A stretch of 64,000 nucleotides of DNA. Origin: Giardia intestinalis (lineage: Eukaryota). Both the position numbers and the translations under genes were made by a program. Location of the stretch: NCBI GenBank assembly GCA_000002435.2, contig CM018789.1. One strand, given 5' to 3'. Under the pieces are notes generated by a model, which was not told where the DNA came from, ran no database searches, and saw only the letters and a program-made list of their open reading frames with translations. Positions 49,084 through 58,787 of this stretch are shown here, one piece after another (the first letter of the stretch is position 1; every line of letters starts with the position of its first letter).

Positions 49084-50871
49084 ATGAAAAGTATAAACCT
49101 TGATGATATCAAGGATTTACTGAAGAAGGCGCCTGCCGAAAGACTAATTTTGTTTTTCAAGCGCCAGTCAGAGTGGGCCGACTCGAGGGCCCCGCCACCA
49201 CTTAAGCGTGACACACCTCAATGCCAGGTAGATCCATCCACAAGTTTAGAACTGGTCAAGGCTGCCCTTCCGCATTACAGAGCTGCCATGCGCGAACTTG
49301 GCATTGATGAAGTCGATATTATGGCATACCTAGCTCGCTATGACGGAGCGTCTTCTATACCTCCGATGGAAGAAGTGCTAGAAGGCTTCTACAACGAAAA
49401 CAGATTGATCCGCTCCGAATACAAGCCACTGGATTTACAAGCAATAACGCCCGTGGATGCTCTTTTTCAATGTTATAACGGCTTGCCCACACCGAACGGA
49501 CTCCAGAGAGCTATTTTATCGCATATAGTAGATAACATCTCTACACGCGTGCGACATGGATACCCTCTCAAGGGGTTGATTGTGCTGGCTACGGGACTGG
49601 GTAAAACGTACCTATCTATATTTCTGCTCGATAGATTCCTTTGCAGTATATACGGTTCATTTCGTCACTTTCTAACCACAGAGCAGGGTGTTGTGCTATT
49701 TGTGGTTAACAGCACCGTTATCAAAGACCAAGCGTTTATGAGATACAAGGCATACTTCTCACGACTTGCGGACCCCGGTACAGACGTGGAGAGCCTGTTC
49801 CTAAAGATAGAGCCAGGTACCGATAGTGTCAGACTGGAGCAGGCTCTGCTCCGTGCAAGGCTTGTTTTTGTCTTGTTCCAATCCTTGCACACCCTGCAAA
49901 AGTATCCACATATATTCAATAGGATTTACTACATAATTGTGGACGAAGTCCATCACATAATAGCGCCTAAGTATTGCAGTAGCATTTCTCTGCTGACCAG
50001 CCACCCGAAGCTTCGACTCCTAGTGGGCCTAACTGCTACTCTGGTGCACAGAGACGATCCTACGGCAGATAGAATAAAGCAGATCTTTGACAACAATCTT
50101 TTTGTAGACTTGCCGTGGACAACTGCCAAGAGTCTACAATTCTTCCCACAGGTCGAATATTATGAGTATGGACACGGATCATATCAGACTCTGGTTGCTG
50201 GCCTGAGGAACAAAACGGCTTCAGTTCAGAACTTCCTCACTGCTATACGTAAGAGTTTAGAGCGTGGTGTCACTACAGCGGGAGAGGCTGTTGTTGATGA
50301 TATAATTCGTTTCATCGCTCATAAAAAGTGCAAACGATCTATTATATTTTTCGGATCAATAACAGACCTAAATAGCTTCTACTCACTTTCTAAGAACGCT
50401 ACAGACAAGCTGTGCAGACAAAGCGAGCAAGGGGATATTGAGTTCTTCCCAATACACTACCAGATCAAAAAGCAGGTGCTTGCAGATAGATTTGCTCGCT
50501 TCTGTTCACCGCCATCTGAAACAGACAGGTTTGTGCTGCTCACAGTTGGCATGGCAACAGAAGGCTTTGACTTCCAGTTCATAGACATGGTTGTTATGCT
50601 CCGGAGAACAGAGTCTGAAAGGATCTTTGTTCAGCAACTCGGGCGTGGTCTGCGGAAGTACCCTGGAAAGGACGTCGTGTACGTGCTGGACTATGTGTAC
50701 GGTCTGCGTAACCGATGGGCTCGCTGTGCCGCTGCCGCCACTGCAGACCTCGATGCCTTGCGGGAGGACATTCTGTCCTTTTGGCCGGTGACAACACTGG
50801 CACCCCCGTATCTTCCCCTTCAAGGGGTGCACACCTCCCAAGACACCGACTCCATTAGCGTACTGGATTGA
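49084..50871 (+). CDS. Superfamily-2 DEVH-box helicase (ResIII/XPB-like core) with ~150-aa N-terminal extension
   Basis: Motif I LATGLGKTY, II IIVDEVHH, III GLTATL, and VI QQLGRGLR with an upstream TVGMATEGFDF. ATG 49084 follows an A/T-rich sequence (aattacaatccaactaaATG). Confidence 0.8.
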   Translation: MKSINLDDIKDLLKKAPAERLILFFKRQSEWADSRAPPPLKRDTPQCQVDPSTSLELVKAALPHYRAAMRELGIDEVDIMAYLARYDGASSIPPMEEVLEGFYNENRLIRSEYKPLDLQAITPVDALFQCYNGLPTPNGLQRAILSHIVDNISTRVRHGYPLKGLIVLATGLGKTYLSIFLLDRFLCSIYGSFRHFLTTEQGVVLFVVNSTVIKDQAFMRYKAYFSRLADPGTDVESLFLKIEPGTDSVRLEQALLRARLVFVLFQSLHTLQKYPHIFNRIYYIIVDEVHHIIAPKYCSSISLLTSHPKLRLLVGLTATLVHRDDPTADRIKQIFDNNLFVDLPWTTAKSLQFFPQVEYYEYGHGSYQTLVAGLRNKTASVQNFLTAIRKSLERGVTTAGEAVVDDIIRFIAHKKCKRSIIFFGSITDLNSFYSLSKNATDKLCRQSEQGDIEFFPIHYQIKKQVLADRFARFCSPPSETDRFVLLTVGMATEGFDFQFIDMVVMLRRTESERIFVQQLGRGLRKYPGKDVVYVLDYVYGLRNRWARCAAAATADLDALREDILSFWPVTTLAPPYLPLQGVHTSQDTDSISVLD

Positions 50872-51326
50872 GGAATACCGCATTCTCCTTTGCCTTCTTT
50901 CCGGGCATCCACTGACTTACTTGTACAGTCTATATGAACCACAGGAAGACACGCAGAAACTGTAGGTGCAGCAAGTAGGCGCAAGAAGAAGCAGACTTGG
51001 ACGAGCAACTCACAAACCGCTGGCGTTTACTCACCGGCGTTTCTTAATAACATATCGGGTACCATCAATTATAAAGGATCTTGAGCTAGGAGCCCCTCCA
51101 CGGTATAGTGACCACCCTTTGCACATAATTTCTTTGACCGCTATAGTTTGCTAAAATTTCCTTGGTTCAAATCTCCAACAGAAGCATCCTTTCAAAGTGA
51201 GCTCCATACTGCCTTTACTCCAGACACACGACTGTCTACGATTCAATCTCCCAACTGATCAAGGTCAACGTAAAAAATTAAAGTCACCAGCTGACACGAC
51301 GTTACTTTTAATAATTAATAAATAAA

Positions 51327-52253
51327 ATGTCGGCTATAAAACACTATACTGCACTTCAGAAGTCCATTCTCAGAGCCCTTGCAGAGCAAGTATGCGCAAC
51401 GATCACTCCCCAGCAATCCGTGGAGCAACTGACAGAAAACCCCGTCATGTTACATGGGTACGTCTCCAAGATACGTATCAATTGGCTAGATATTGCACAA
51501 AGACTGGGGCAGGCGCGTGCAAGCGTCTACCATTGGTACAACGAAACACATTTGCGGCACATATCGGGGGTCAAAATGTCCAGCGAAGACAAGGATTTGG
51601 TAAAGGCCGCCATATCTAGCGCCATAGACTCGGGAGACATCTATAAGAAGGGGTTCTACATGCGCATCAGAAACATGTTTGCCGAGAAGTACTCCAGACA
51701 AGAAATAATGATGCAATATAACAACCTCTTGAGGAGCAAAGAAATACGAAAAATTCTGCACTCAAAACGCATCGACTTTACCGAAGTGCGAAGCAAAGCG
51801 TGGCGGGAGCAGAAGCACCTGAAGACTGTTCCGAGCGTAACAACAGAGCCGTACAAGGAGAGTGTGTCCTTTGGCAACGCACCAGCAGTTCACGTTTGCC
51901 TTCCGTCCAGTCAGAGTAATGTGCGGGCACCCGCAACACCAGCTATATCTTTGAGTGTGGATGCTGCACATGCACTATGCGAGGCGCCACAATACTTTTA
52001 CGTGCCACCCATGACAACAGTCAGGTGCATGTCGGCTTCTTCACTGGCCAGAAACGGAGGTTGGGGCTTCCGTGTGCCATCAGCACCGATCGTGTTCAAC
52101 ATTCCTGACTCGTCCTGGATGCCGATCCAGTCCACAATTCCTCAATGGAGTGCACAGTATCTTCCCAATATGGCGTGGATACGGAGTGCTACAGACGCAG
52201 ATGCTAAGAATGACAGCAGGGATGATTTTATCAAGCCAGCTAATAGGGCGTAG
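51327..52253 (+). CDS. Hypothetical protein
   Basis: 308-codon ORF. ATG lies in a strongly A/T-rich context (ttttaataattaataaataaaATG). No recognised domain. Confidence 0.55.
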   Translation: MSAIKHYTALQKSILRALAEQVCATITPQQSVEQLTENPVMLHGYVSKIRINWLDIAQRLGQARASVYHWYNETHLRHISGVKMSSEDKDLVKAAISSAIDSGDIYKKGFYMRIRNMFAEKYSRQEIMMQYNNLLRSKEIRKILHSKRIDFTEVRSKAWREQKHLKTVPSVTTEPYKESVSFGNAPAVHVCLPSSQSNVRAPATPAISLSVDAAHALCEAPQYFYVPPMTTVRCMSASSLARNGGWGFRVPSAPIVFNIPDSSWMPIQSTIPQWSAQYLPNMAWIRSATDADAKNDSRDDFIKPANRA

Positions 52254-52303
52254 CAGCATCACACGAACTGGGAATGCAAGTAAGCCCTCAGCGGACTCCT
52301 GCG

Positions 52304-52876
52304 TCACTCAAAGTAGAGCGCCAACTTGTTGAGTATTCTCTGGTGAGTCTCCTCTATGTTATTTGTTGCCTCGACATTTATCCTCATCCCCTTACGGTCG
52401 AGCTCTCTGTAAATCTCCTGAGTCTCACTATTATAAATGGCTATTCTCTTCATGAGGGTCTCCTCGTTGTCATCGATACGCGTGCTTTTCGACAAGATGC
52501 GCTGGCGAATGCGGTTTCGAAGTGTCTCCTCGGAGCAGCTGAGCGTCAACATAATGTGGGGTGTTTCGCCGAAAATCTTAAGGAAACAATTATAATTATT
52601 AACAGAACGGGGAAATCCATCAATAATGATTACCTCCTTGTTAGAAGTTACACAGAAGTCATGTAAAAGAGCTGCAGTTATCATCCCATCAACAATAACG
52701 CCGTTCGCTATGCACTCCTTTATATATGCAGCATGCTCCGAGCCCGCCCTATTCATCTCAGCTCGGAGGCAATCGCCTGCACCAACACATGCCACCTTGG
52801 GGTGCTTTGCAAGGAGATCTGCCTGGGTACTCTTACCTGCCCCAGGTCCTCCAAGAAGAAAGACTATCACCTTCAT
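52304..52876 (-). CDS. Adenylate kinase / UMP-CMP kinase (short type, no LID insert)
   Basis: P-loop GGPGAGKST, NMP-binding GFPR, and RxxxR...RIDDNEETLMKRIAIY (AK1/UMP-CMPK-type RxDDNxET). 190 aa. ATG 52874-52876. Confidence 0.88.
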   Translation of the reverse strand: MKVIVFLLGGPGAGKSTQADLLAKHPKVACVGAGDCLRAEMNRAGSEHAAYIKECIANGVIVDGMITAALLHDFCVTSNKEVIIIDGFPRSVNNYNCFLKIFGETPHIMLTLSCSEETLRNRIRQRILSKSTRIDDNEETLMKRIAIYNSETQEIYRELDRKGMRINVEATNNIEETHQRILNKLALYFE

Positions 52877-52930
52877 ATAATTTTTTTGACCTTCCCCGCT
52901 CTGACAAACAATTAATTCGGCACACAGTTA

Positions 52931-54628
52931 CTATGGCAAATTGACCTGAGACTTAGCTGGCGTTGTCACGCCACACTCTTTACAGAACTCGGAGAAATCC
53001 CGGAAGCCTGCATCAGGGTCTTCTACACTAGCGTAAATGAATAGATGCCCTATTGTGGCAACTGCCAATACGTTATCGCACGGGTGATAGGCTAGGTGCC
53101 GAACACCCAGTATTCTATTCAAATTGGTCGCGGGAACGAAGGAGTTAAGGTCATAACAGCCATTGTTCAGCAGGGGCCGTGCGGCCACAGAGTATCCAGG
53201 GTACCTAACCTTCGGCCTCTTTTGCTTAATTGCGTCTCGGGTGACCTTAAAGCTCATTGCGGTTCCGTGTAGGTTGTAAATTTGAATGGAGGAGTTGTAG
53301 CTCCCCGTGGCGATAAACTGGCTCTTCCGGTCAATAGCCATGTTGAAACTGTCATACAGTGTCAAGGGATCACAGTATAAGCTTTGCACAAGCTCTGAAG
53401 GAAAGTTGACATTTATGGCATAGATGGAGAGGGGTTGGCCGGGATTCCGTATGTCATAGATGCACAAGTCTAATAGGTCGCGGGCGGCAACAGTGGTCGG
53501 AGAGATGAACTTGACGCTTTCTATTTGGAGGGGGTTTGGCTTGGCCATGACAAGCCTGAAAGTATCGCAGATTGCATTCATACGGGGGTCAATAAGTTTG
53601 ACCTTTCCATAATTGGTTCCGAATGCTATTAGCGAGCTCGTGGTAGGATCTAAGTCTGCTGAGCATATGGTCTCCACTATGTCTGAAAGGTTATGCGGCC
53701 GTAAATCGACCAGCATATGAGCAACAGTGTTGTCCTCTACCCACCACTGAGTTATTGTGAGGTCGTCGGAGGAAATAAACTGCTCCGAACCGGGTCCCAT
53801 GCAGACACTATTGATGTGGTAATTCGAAGCATGGGTGAAGTTCTTTCTTACCGCGATGGAGACCGTCGACGTTACAGGCTCCGTTGGACTGGCAGCAATA
53901 TTATCTGGGTACCTGTCCAGAAAGAGGTCATCTGCATGTGCACCTGTCCGGGTTTCTAAACCTGGTATTGGCTTTGTAGGGGCTCTAGACACAGACTCTT
54001 CTTCAACAGGGCGATCTATGTACCTGGCTGGCGGTCGCTCTGGCACACTTTCTGAGACAGAACTGGATGGTGAGCCGCCTGCTAGTGCCGGAGGGTGTGC
54101 CAAGTGAGTCTTGGGCACTTTAGTAGGGAACACCAAATCATCTACGCTGGTAATGTCCTTGTCCTTGTTAAAGCTTCCCCATGTATAGGTGTCACTTCCT
54201 AGACTGGCTGTTCCAACAGTATCTCTAATTCGCCACAACTTAATGTCCTTGTCGTTAGCGGAGAGGAAGTACATGTGCTGAGATAGGGGAGTTAAGAAGT
54301 TTATAGATGTTATCCTAGCCTGCACGTCCAGACTGCGCATATAATCGTATTCTGCCACGTGAGACTGGAACTCTAACATAAAATCATATTCGATAGACGG
54401 GTGGAGGGTCCCAGTTCGCGTCCGCTTAGGAGGTGCACCTGGATTTACGCACCGAAAAATAACGATTCTTCCACCGCAATCACCGACGGCTATGTGGTCT
54501 CCAGAGTTGCTAAATGCTAAGGACGATATGTAATCCGTTCTAGGAATAGAGAGAGGATCACAACAGTCACCGAATACCTGGCAATATCGATAATCGAGGT
54601 GATCCAGCAGGTACGGAGCGTGAGTCAT
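52931..54628 (-). CDS. Protein phosphatase 2A regulatory subunit B (B55/PR55) WD40 protein
   Basis: EYDFMLEFQSHVAEYDYMRSLDVQARITSINFL...LSANDKDIKLWRI and FTHASNYHINSVCMGPGSEQFISSDDLTITQW match PR55 block-for-block. The track start at 54694 is GTG; the ATG is at 54626-54628 (MTHAPYLLDHLD), preceded by an A/T-rich region. Confidence 0.9.
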   Translation of the reverse strand: MTHAPYLLDHLDYRYCQVFGDCCDPLSIPRTDYISSLAFSNSGDHIAVGDCGGRIVIFRCVNPGAPPKRTRTGTLHPSIEYDFMLEFQSHVAEYDYMRSLDVQARITSINFLTPLSQHMYFLSANDKDIKLWRIRDTVGTASLGSDTYTWGSFNKDKDITSVDDLVFPTKVPKTHLAHPPALAGGSPSSSVSESVPERPPARYIDRPVEEESVSRAPTKPIPGLETRTGAHADDLFLDRYPDNIAASPTEPVTSTVSIAVRKNFTHASNYHINSVCMGPGSEQFISSDDLTITQWWVEDNTVAHMLVDLRPHNLSDIVETICSADLDPTTSSLIAFGTNYGKVKLIDPRMNAICDTFRLVMAKPNPLQIESVKFISPTTVAARDLLDLCIYDIRNPGQPLSIYAINVNFPSELVQSLYCDPLTLYDSFNMAIDRKSQFIATGSYNSSIQIYNLHGTAMSFKVTRDAIKQKRPKVRYPGYSVAARPLLNNGCYDLNSFVPATNLNRILGVRHLAYHPCDNVLAVATIGHLFIYASVEDPDAGFRDFSEFCKECGVTTPAKSQVNLP

Positions 54629-54823
54629 TTTGCTGGATGTTATTATTTTAAAAGCATCATGATTGAATGCATATTGAACCGCGCTGCGAGCCACGCTGTA
54701 AGCAAGTCAGAGTTTGCTCACCAGCATGGCAGTGAGGGAGCTGGCACACAGGTGCCATTGTCACAGCACATGCACATCCTAACAGATTTCATTGTTGTTT
54801 TTTGGGCAAAAAAATCAAAAAAG

Positions 54824-55990
54824 ATGGGCTCCATGTGTTCAACTGCGGGGTCTGACCCGCGCTTCAACGAGCTTAACATAAGGTTAGTTGGCTCCTTCGA
54901 AGATTCGTGGCCCTTGTCTCCGGAGCTGTTGGAGAAATACAGATGCCTTATTTCAGAGGGTAGGGAAATAGATGACTTTTTCCAGACAGCCGATTCTGGG
55001 CTTAAACTCTACCAAATAGCTACTCGGGAGAAGACAGAACAGGCAATGAATGCTTGCTTGGAGCAGATCGTCAAGGTGTCCGAGACAATTGCCCGCTATT
55101 TAGTGTTTCAGGAGTCGTTTGTACCGGCTTTAATTTATCTATTAGACTGTATTAACAAGAGTGCTGATTCTCCGTTTATCACAGATGCCGACGACCTTTG
55201 GATGAATATTACGAAGATGAATAATCCAAAGATATCTTCCTTACTAATCTTATTGACACAGCTGTTCGACATCTGCTCTTCCATAGACAAGAAGTTCCTC
55301 AACAAAAACTTCGACAGCTCAGTTGGAATCTTCCGGCGTCTGGCCCATGACAGGCATCTCGACATCAATCACTCCCTCAGTAGGCTTGCCACGTCTCAGA
55401 CGGTCTCCATGTCGCTGTCAGGCCCCGGCCCCACCCTTCGGCAGTTCATTCAGTCATGCGCATGCATGCCCACGCTCGAGCCAAGACACGTGCAGTGTCA
55501 GCGATCTTGTACTTGTGGCTGTGGCGTCATTCAGTGTGCGTGTGGGTGCCCTGAGTGCTGCTCTTGTCATGACTATACGCCCCCGCCTTTTCTTTTCGAG
55601 ATGACAGACGCCAAAGCGCCCATGGATGTCATGGAAGGAAGGATTGGTTTTCTGCTGACGGTCTTGAATGGGATTCTGGGAACTCTAGACAAAAACCCAT
55701 CTCTTCGCACGGGTCTAGATAGCGTTTACTACAGGCGGGTTCTCCTCTGCGGAACTACGTGTTTGAATAATCTCTACACAGATTATCTTCAGCGCTTCAA
55801 GAACCTTGACGCGTGCTCGGCCACGGGGATATTCCATGGTAGCTGCCCGCTTAGTGTTCTGCGCGTATGCAGCGCGATTACGTCGGGGGAGGACGAGAGC
55901 CTGTTTTTGCGCCACAATCTTGCGGACAACGCGCGAAAACCTAATGATAAGCCCGCCGATAGTAACGCTATCCTTACCTTTGCGTCTTAG
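54824..55990 (+). CDS. Hypothetical protein with N-myristoylation/palmitoylation-type N-terminus (MGSMCS) and Cys-rich cluster
   Basis: The ATG at 54824 follows an A-rich tract (aaaaaaatcaaaaaagATG). The track ORF starts further upstream at a non-ATG codon that overlaps the divergent PR55 gene. MGxxxS motif plus Cys5. CACMPTLEP...CTCGCGVIQCACGCPECCSCH cluster. Confidence 0.55.
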   Translation: MGSMCSTAGSDPRFNELNIRLVGSFEDSWPLSPELLEKYRCLISEGREIDDFFQTADSGLKLYQIATREKTEQAMNACLEQIVKVSETIARYLVFQESFVPALIYLLDCINKSADSPFITDADDLWMNITKMNNPKISSLLILLTQLFDICSSIDKKFLNKNFDSSVGIFRRLAHDRHLDINHSLSRLATSQTVSMSLSGPGPTLRQFIQSCACMPTLEPRHVQCQRSCTCGCGVIQCACGCPECCSCHDYTPPPFLFEMTDAKAPMDVMEGRIGFLLTVLNGILGTLDKNPSLRTGLDSVYYRRVLLCGTTCLNNLYTDYLQRFKNLDACSATGIFHGSCPLSVLRVCSAITSGEDESLFLRHNLADNARKPNDKPADSNAILTFAS

Positions 55991-56145
55991 ACAGCGTAAT
56001 TATGGTAGTTTGTAAATTATGTTATCTGTCCGCAGTCCATGCATCCACTCACTAGCTTCCCACAAGAACGCGGTGGTGCTACTGCGCATCATTGTAGAAG
56101 AAGAGACAGAAGAGAAGGTAAATCAAAAATATCTCAAAGCTCTAG

Positions 56146-57693
56146 ATGGAGCTTTATGTCGTGTACTCGACAAAACTGGTGGAGGCCAGGGCATGGCTTC
56201 CTTTCTCAACGGTCTCCATGGAGTGCTCGTCCGTTCTGTCTGTGGCAGAGGCGGATTTAGAAAGGTTTTGCATCGATATGGTGCAATGGCTCAAAGATGT
56301 GCCAGAGAATGCTTTATTGTCATGTTTATCGCAACAGTCCCAAGAAGACGCCAGTAAGCTAGGGAATACCGTTAACATTTACCGAATAACCTGTCATGTT
56401 AGCTTTAGAGACGCCGATATGTCCCAGAACAAGTATTTGGCGCGTCTGAAAGCACTGTTGCATCGCTGTGCAACAGGGTGTACTATAGTATTTCAGGTGG
56501 AGACATATCGGCCAGTATACCGTCAAACTATCGTGGATTTTTGTATAACGTCCGCATTTTTGGCACAGCGCCTGGATTTCTACCAGTATTTAGAGTTTCT
56601 TGAGGTTAGCCAGTCGAAAGCTCAAGTTTCAGCAGCCAATCCCGCGTCTCCAGATGAGAGTGCTAAAGAATTCATTAAAAACAGCTTCCACAGACTAGTT
56701 GCACCAGTAATGAGCTTTAGAACCATTGACACATTGAGGAGTAGCTACTCAGGTGCACAAACAGAGGAGTCCAGAGAAAAGTTCAGGCTTGATCTTTCGC
56801 GCAGACTGTTTAATGAAACGGTATTTGAAGAGGTTGAGGAGGCACTTTCCAAGGAGCTTACAATTCCCTTGTCCAAACTGTCGGTAATTGTCCTCAATGC
56901 TTGTGAGAAGGCTCCTTTTCACAACGATTATTGTAATCTGCTTTTTTCTCTCTATGGCCTGTCAAACATAAAGTCTAGTCAGTACATACGTGGCCGTCAT
57001 ACGTCACTAACCTTAGAGAACGAGCTATATAGGTGCACGTTTCTTTACATGTGCATGTATGAATACATCTGGCTGGTGCTTCAGAACTCTCTGCTGGACT
57101 CTGTTGAAGAGCCTCAGGAACAAGGGAAAACAACGAAGATGATAAGAGGGAGCTTTACAGAGTCCTTCCACCAGGTGATCACCAGTGTCTATCGTCGGAA
57201 GCTGCAAGGATCACAGGACATAAATTCAGCATACATGGCATATGGTTCTAGCAAGCCTCTTGTGGTGCCAACAGGTCGCCTGGCCATACCATTTTCGCCA
57301 TTTCAGCATACACAAGGGAAAGTGAAGGATCTGACGTCCATGCTGAAGCGACTTGGGTTCACACTCATAACTGCTACCCCTGTCACTCGGCAATCTCCCG
57401 TATCCACACTATCAAAAGAGACATCCATCCCAACGCGGCCTTCGTCCAGTCCTCAGATCGCTCCCAGCAAAACTCCTGACCCAGATTTACCTGTCTGTGG
57501 CACACCCCAAAACATTCAAGCTCAATACAAGCTTGTTGAATGCAATAGCTTTGTTCTCAAGAACGGCCACCCACTTGACCAATTTGAGCAAATAGAGACG
57601 GGTAGGTTTAAAGCAGAAAGCAACAGACGATCAATGGATCAATTTACCATATTATCAATCAAGCAGCGCAACACTATGTTCTGGAACGCTTGA
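56146..57693 (+). CDS. Hypothetical protein (possible 5' frameshift or extension from ATG 56019)
   Basis: 515-codon ORF from ATG 56146, with an in-frame TAG immediately upstream. A second ATG-initiated ORF, 56019-56357, sits in a different frame with a good A/T-rich context. It overlaps by 212 nt and looks protein-like only in its first ~45 codons. Confidence 0.5.
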   Translation: MELYVVYSTKLVEARAWLPFSTVSMECSSVLSVAEADLERFCIDMVQWLKDVPENALLSCLSQQSQEDASKLGNTVNIYRITCHVSFRDADMSQNKYLARLKALLHRCATGCTIVFQVETYRPVYRQTIVDFCITSAFLAQRLDFYQYLEFLEVSQSKAQVSAANPASPDESAKEFIKNSFHRLVAPVMSFRTIDTLRSSYSGAQTEESREKFRLDLSRRLFNETVFEEVEEALSKELTIPLSKLSVIVLNACEKAPFHNDYCNLLFSLYGLSNIKSSQYIRGRHTSLTLENELYRCTFLYMCMYEYIWLVLQNSLLDSVEEPQEQGKTTKMIRGSFTESFHQVITSVYRRKLQGSQDINSAYMAYGSSKPLVVPTGRLAIPFSPFQHTQGKVKDLTSMLKRLGFTLITATPVTRQSPVSTLSKETSIPTRPSSSPQIAPSKTPDPDLPVCGTPQNIQAQYKLVECNSFVLKNGHPLDQFEQIETGRFKAESNRRSMDQFTILSIKQRNTMFWNA

Positions 57694-58722
57694 TCAATCC
57701 GTCAGCATATTCAGGAAGTTCTCCTTCTCAATGGCATTATTTGCAATTCTAAGTTTATAGTAGGACCCATCTCCGCAGACCACAATCATGCAGTCGTTGG
57801 TGATGAACCTGCAGAGAGACACAGGGTCATCCAGGGCTATCTTCGCAAACGACCACTCGGAGTCGAAGTACTTGTTAATAGTGGACATAAACTGCATCTT
57901 GTGCTTCTTGTTGTCGGCCATCTGGGGCTGCATTCCATAGGCCATCTGGGTAGGCTGCATCACGTAAAACGTATGAAGCGTCTTGCGAGACGACGTTACA
58001 GCGATGATGGACGAGTCCGGCGAAAAGCCGATCGACTGGATGTCTGCCTTTTCACTCCCTCGTCGGACCTCCTTGATCTTTTGGAAGGAGTCTGTGGTCC
58101 AAACGCGAATGAGAGTTCCCTTGGAGCTAGCCGTGGCAATGAAGCGTCCATCGAGAGAGAAGTTGAGGCAACGAATATCATTCTCGTGGCAGATGTTGAC
58201 CAGATACGTAGCGCTCATGTTGGCTGAGTAGCGCTTGATAAGCACCTCGCCCATGCGAAGCCCAAGGGTGGCGATCATGACGTCTGTGTCCCCAACCACG
58301 GAAAAGATCCCGTGAGGATTGGGATAAGTGTCAAATGAATCCAGAAGCCTCATGTCTGATAAGTTATAAACGAATACCTTGTTCTCGAAGACGATGAAGA
58401 TCTTCTCTCTGGTCATGCAGGCGTTGAGCACGGGGGTTCTAAAGTGGACCTCTCCGATTGTCCTTCCACTCTGGTCGTCATAGACGGTGACCGCGTCCTT
58501 CGGGTAGCGCGAGTTCATGCCTGTTCCGACGATAGCAAGGATGGACGAACGAAAGAGCATGGCAACAACAGAGCACCCGTCAGGGAAGTCACGGCCGTAG
58601 AGAGGGCGGAACGGAACGGTGTTAAACACACGGAAGCCCCTATTTGTCCCTACAGTGATGCAGGATCCGTCCTGATTGAAAGATAAATAGAGTGCGCTGT
58701 TCTTGCCTGACGTAACCTGCAT
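57694..58722 (-). CDS. WIPI/Atg18-family PROPPIN (phosphoinositide-binding WD40 beta-propeller)
   Basis: LSFNQDGSCITVGTNRGFRVFN start, and GTLIRVWTTDSFQKIKEVRRGSEKADIQSIGFSPDSS containing the [LF]RRG phosphoinositide-binding motif (here VRRG). 342 aa. ATG 58720-58722. Confidence 0.85.
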   Translation of the reverse strand: MQVTSGKNSALYLSFNQDGSCITVGTNRGFRVFNTVPFRPLYGRDFPDGCSVVAMLFRSSILAIVGTGMNSRYPKDAVTVYDDQSGRTIGEVHFRTPVLNACMTREKIFIVFENKVFVYNLSDMRLLDSFDTYPNPHGIFSVVGDTDVMIATLGLRMGEVLIKRYSANMSATYLVNICHENDIRCLNFSLDGRFIATASSKGTLIRVWTTDSFQKIKEVRRGSEKADIQSIGFSPDSSIIAVTSSRKTLHTFYVMQPTQMAYGMQPQMADNKKHKMQFMSTINKYFDSEWSFAKIALDDPVSLCRFITNDCMIVVCGDGSYYKLRIANNAIEKENFLNMLTD

Positions 58723-58787
58723 TAACCTTTTTTAGTTTCCTCGGTGCTTTTTTTAATATAAAGAAAATTAAACACTTGCTGGTTTAA

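Noticed and set aside
49084-50871. Interpretation of the ResIII-like helicase as part of a restriction-modification or other prokaryotic defence system
   Set aside because: The window is unambiguously Giardia (VSP with CRGKA, eukaryotic tRNA without CCA, eukaryote-specific genes). No methyltransferase or specificity subunit is adjacent. It is a eukaryotic SF2 DEVH helicase.
51150-51180. GGTTCAAATCT motif resembling a tRNA T-arm
   Set aside because: The flanking sequence cannot form a T-stem, acceptor stem or D-arm.
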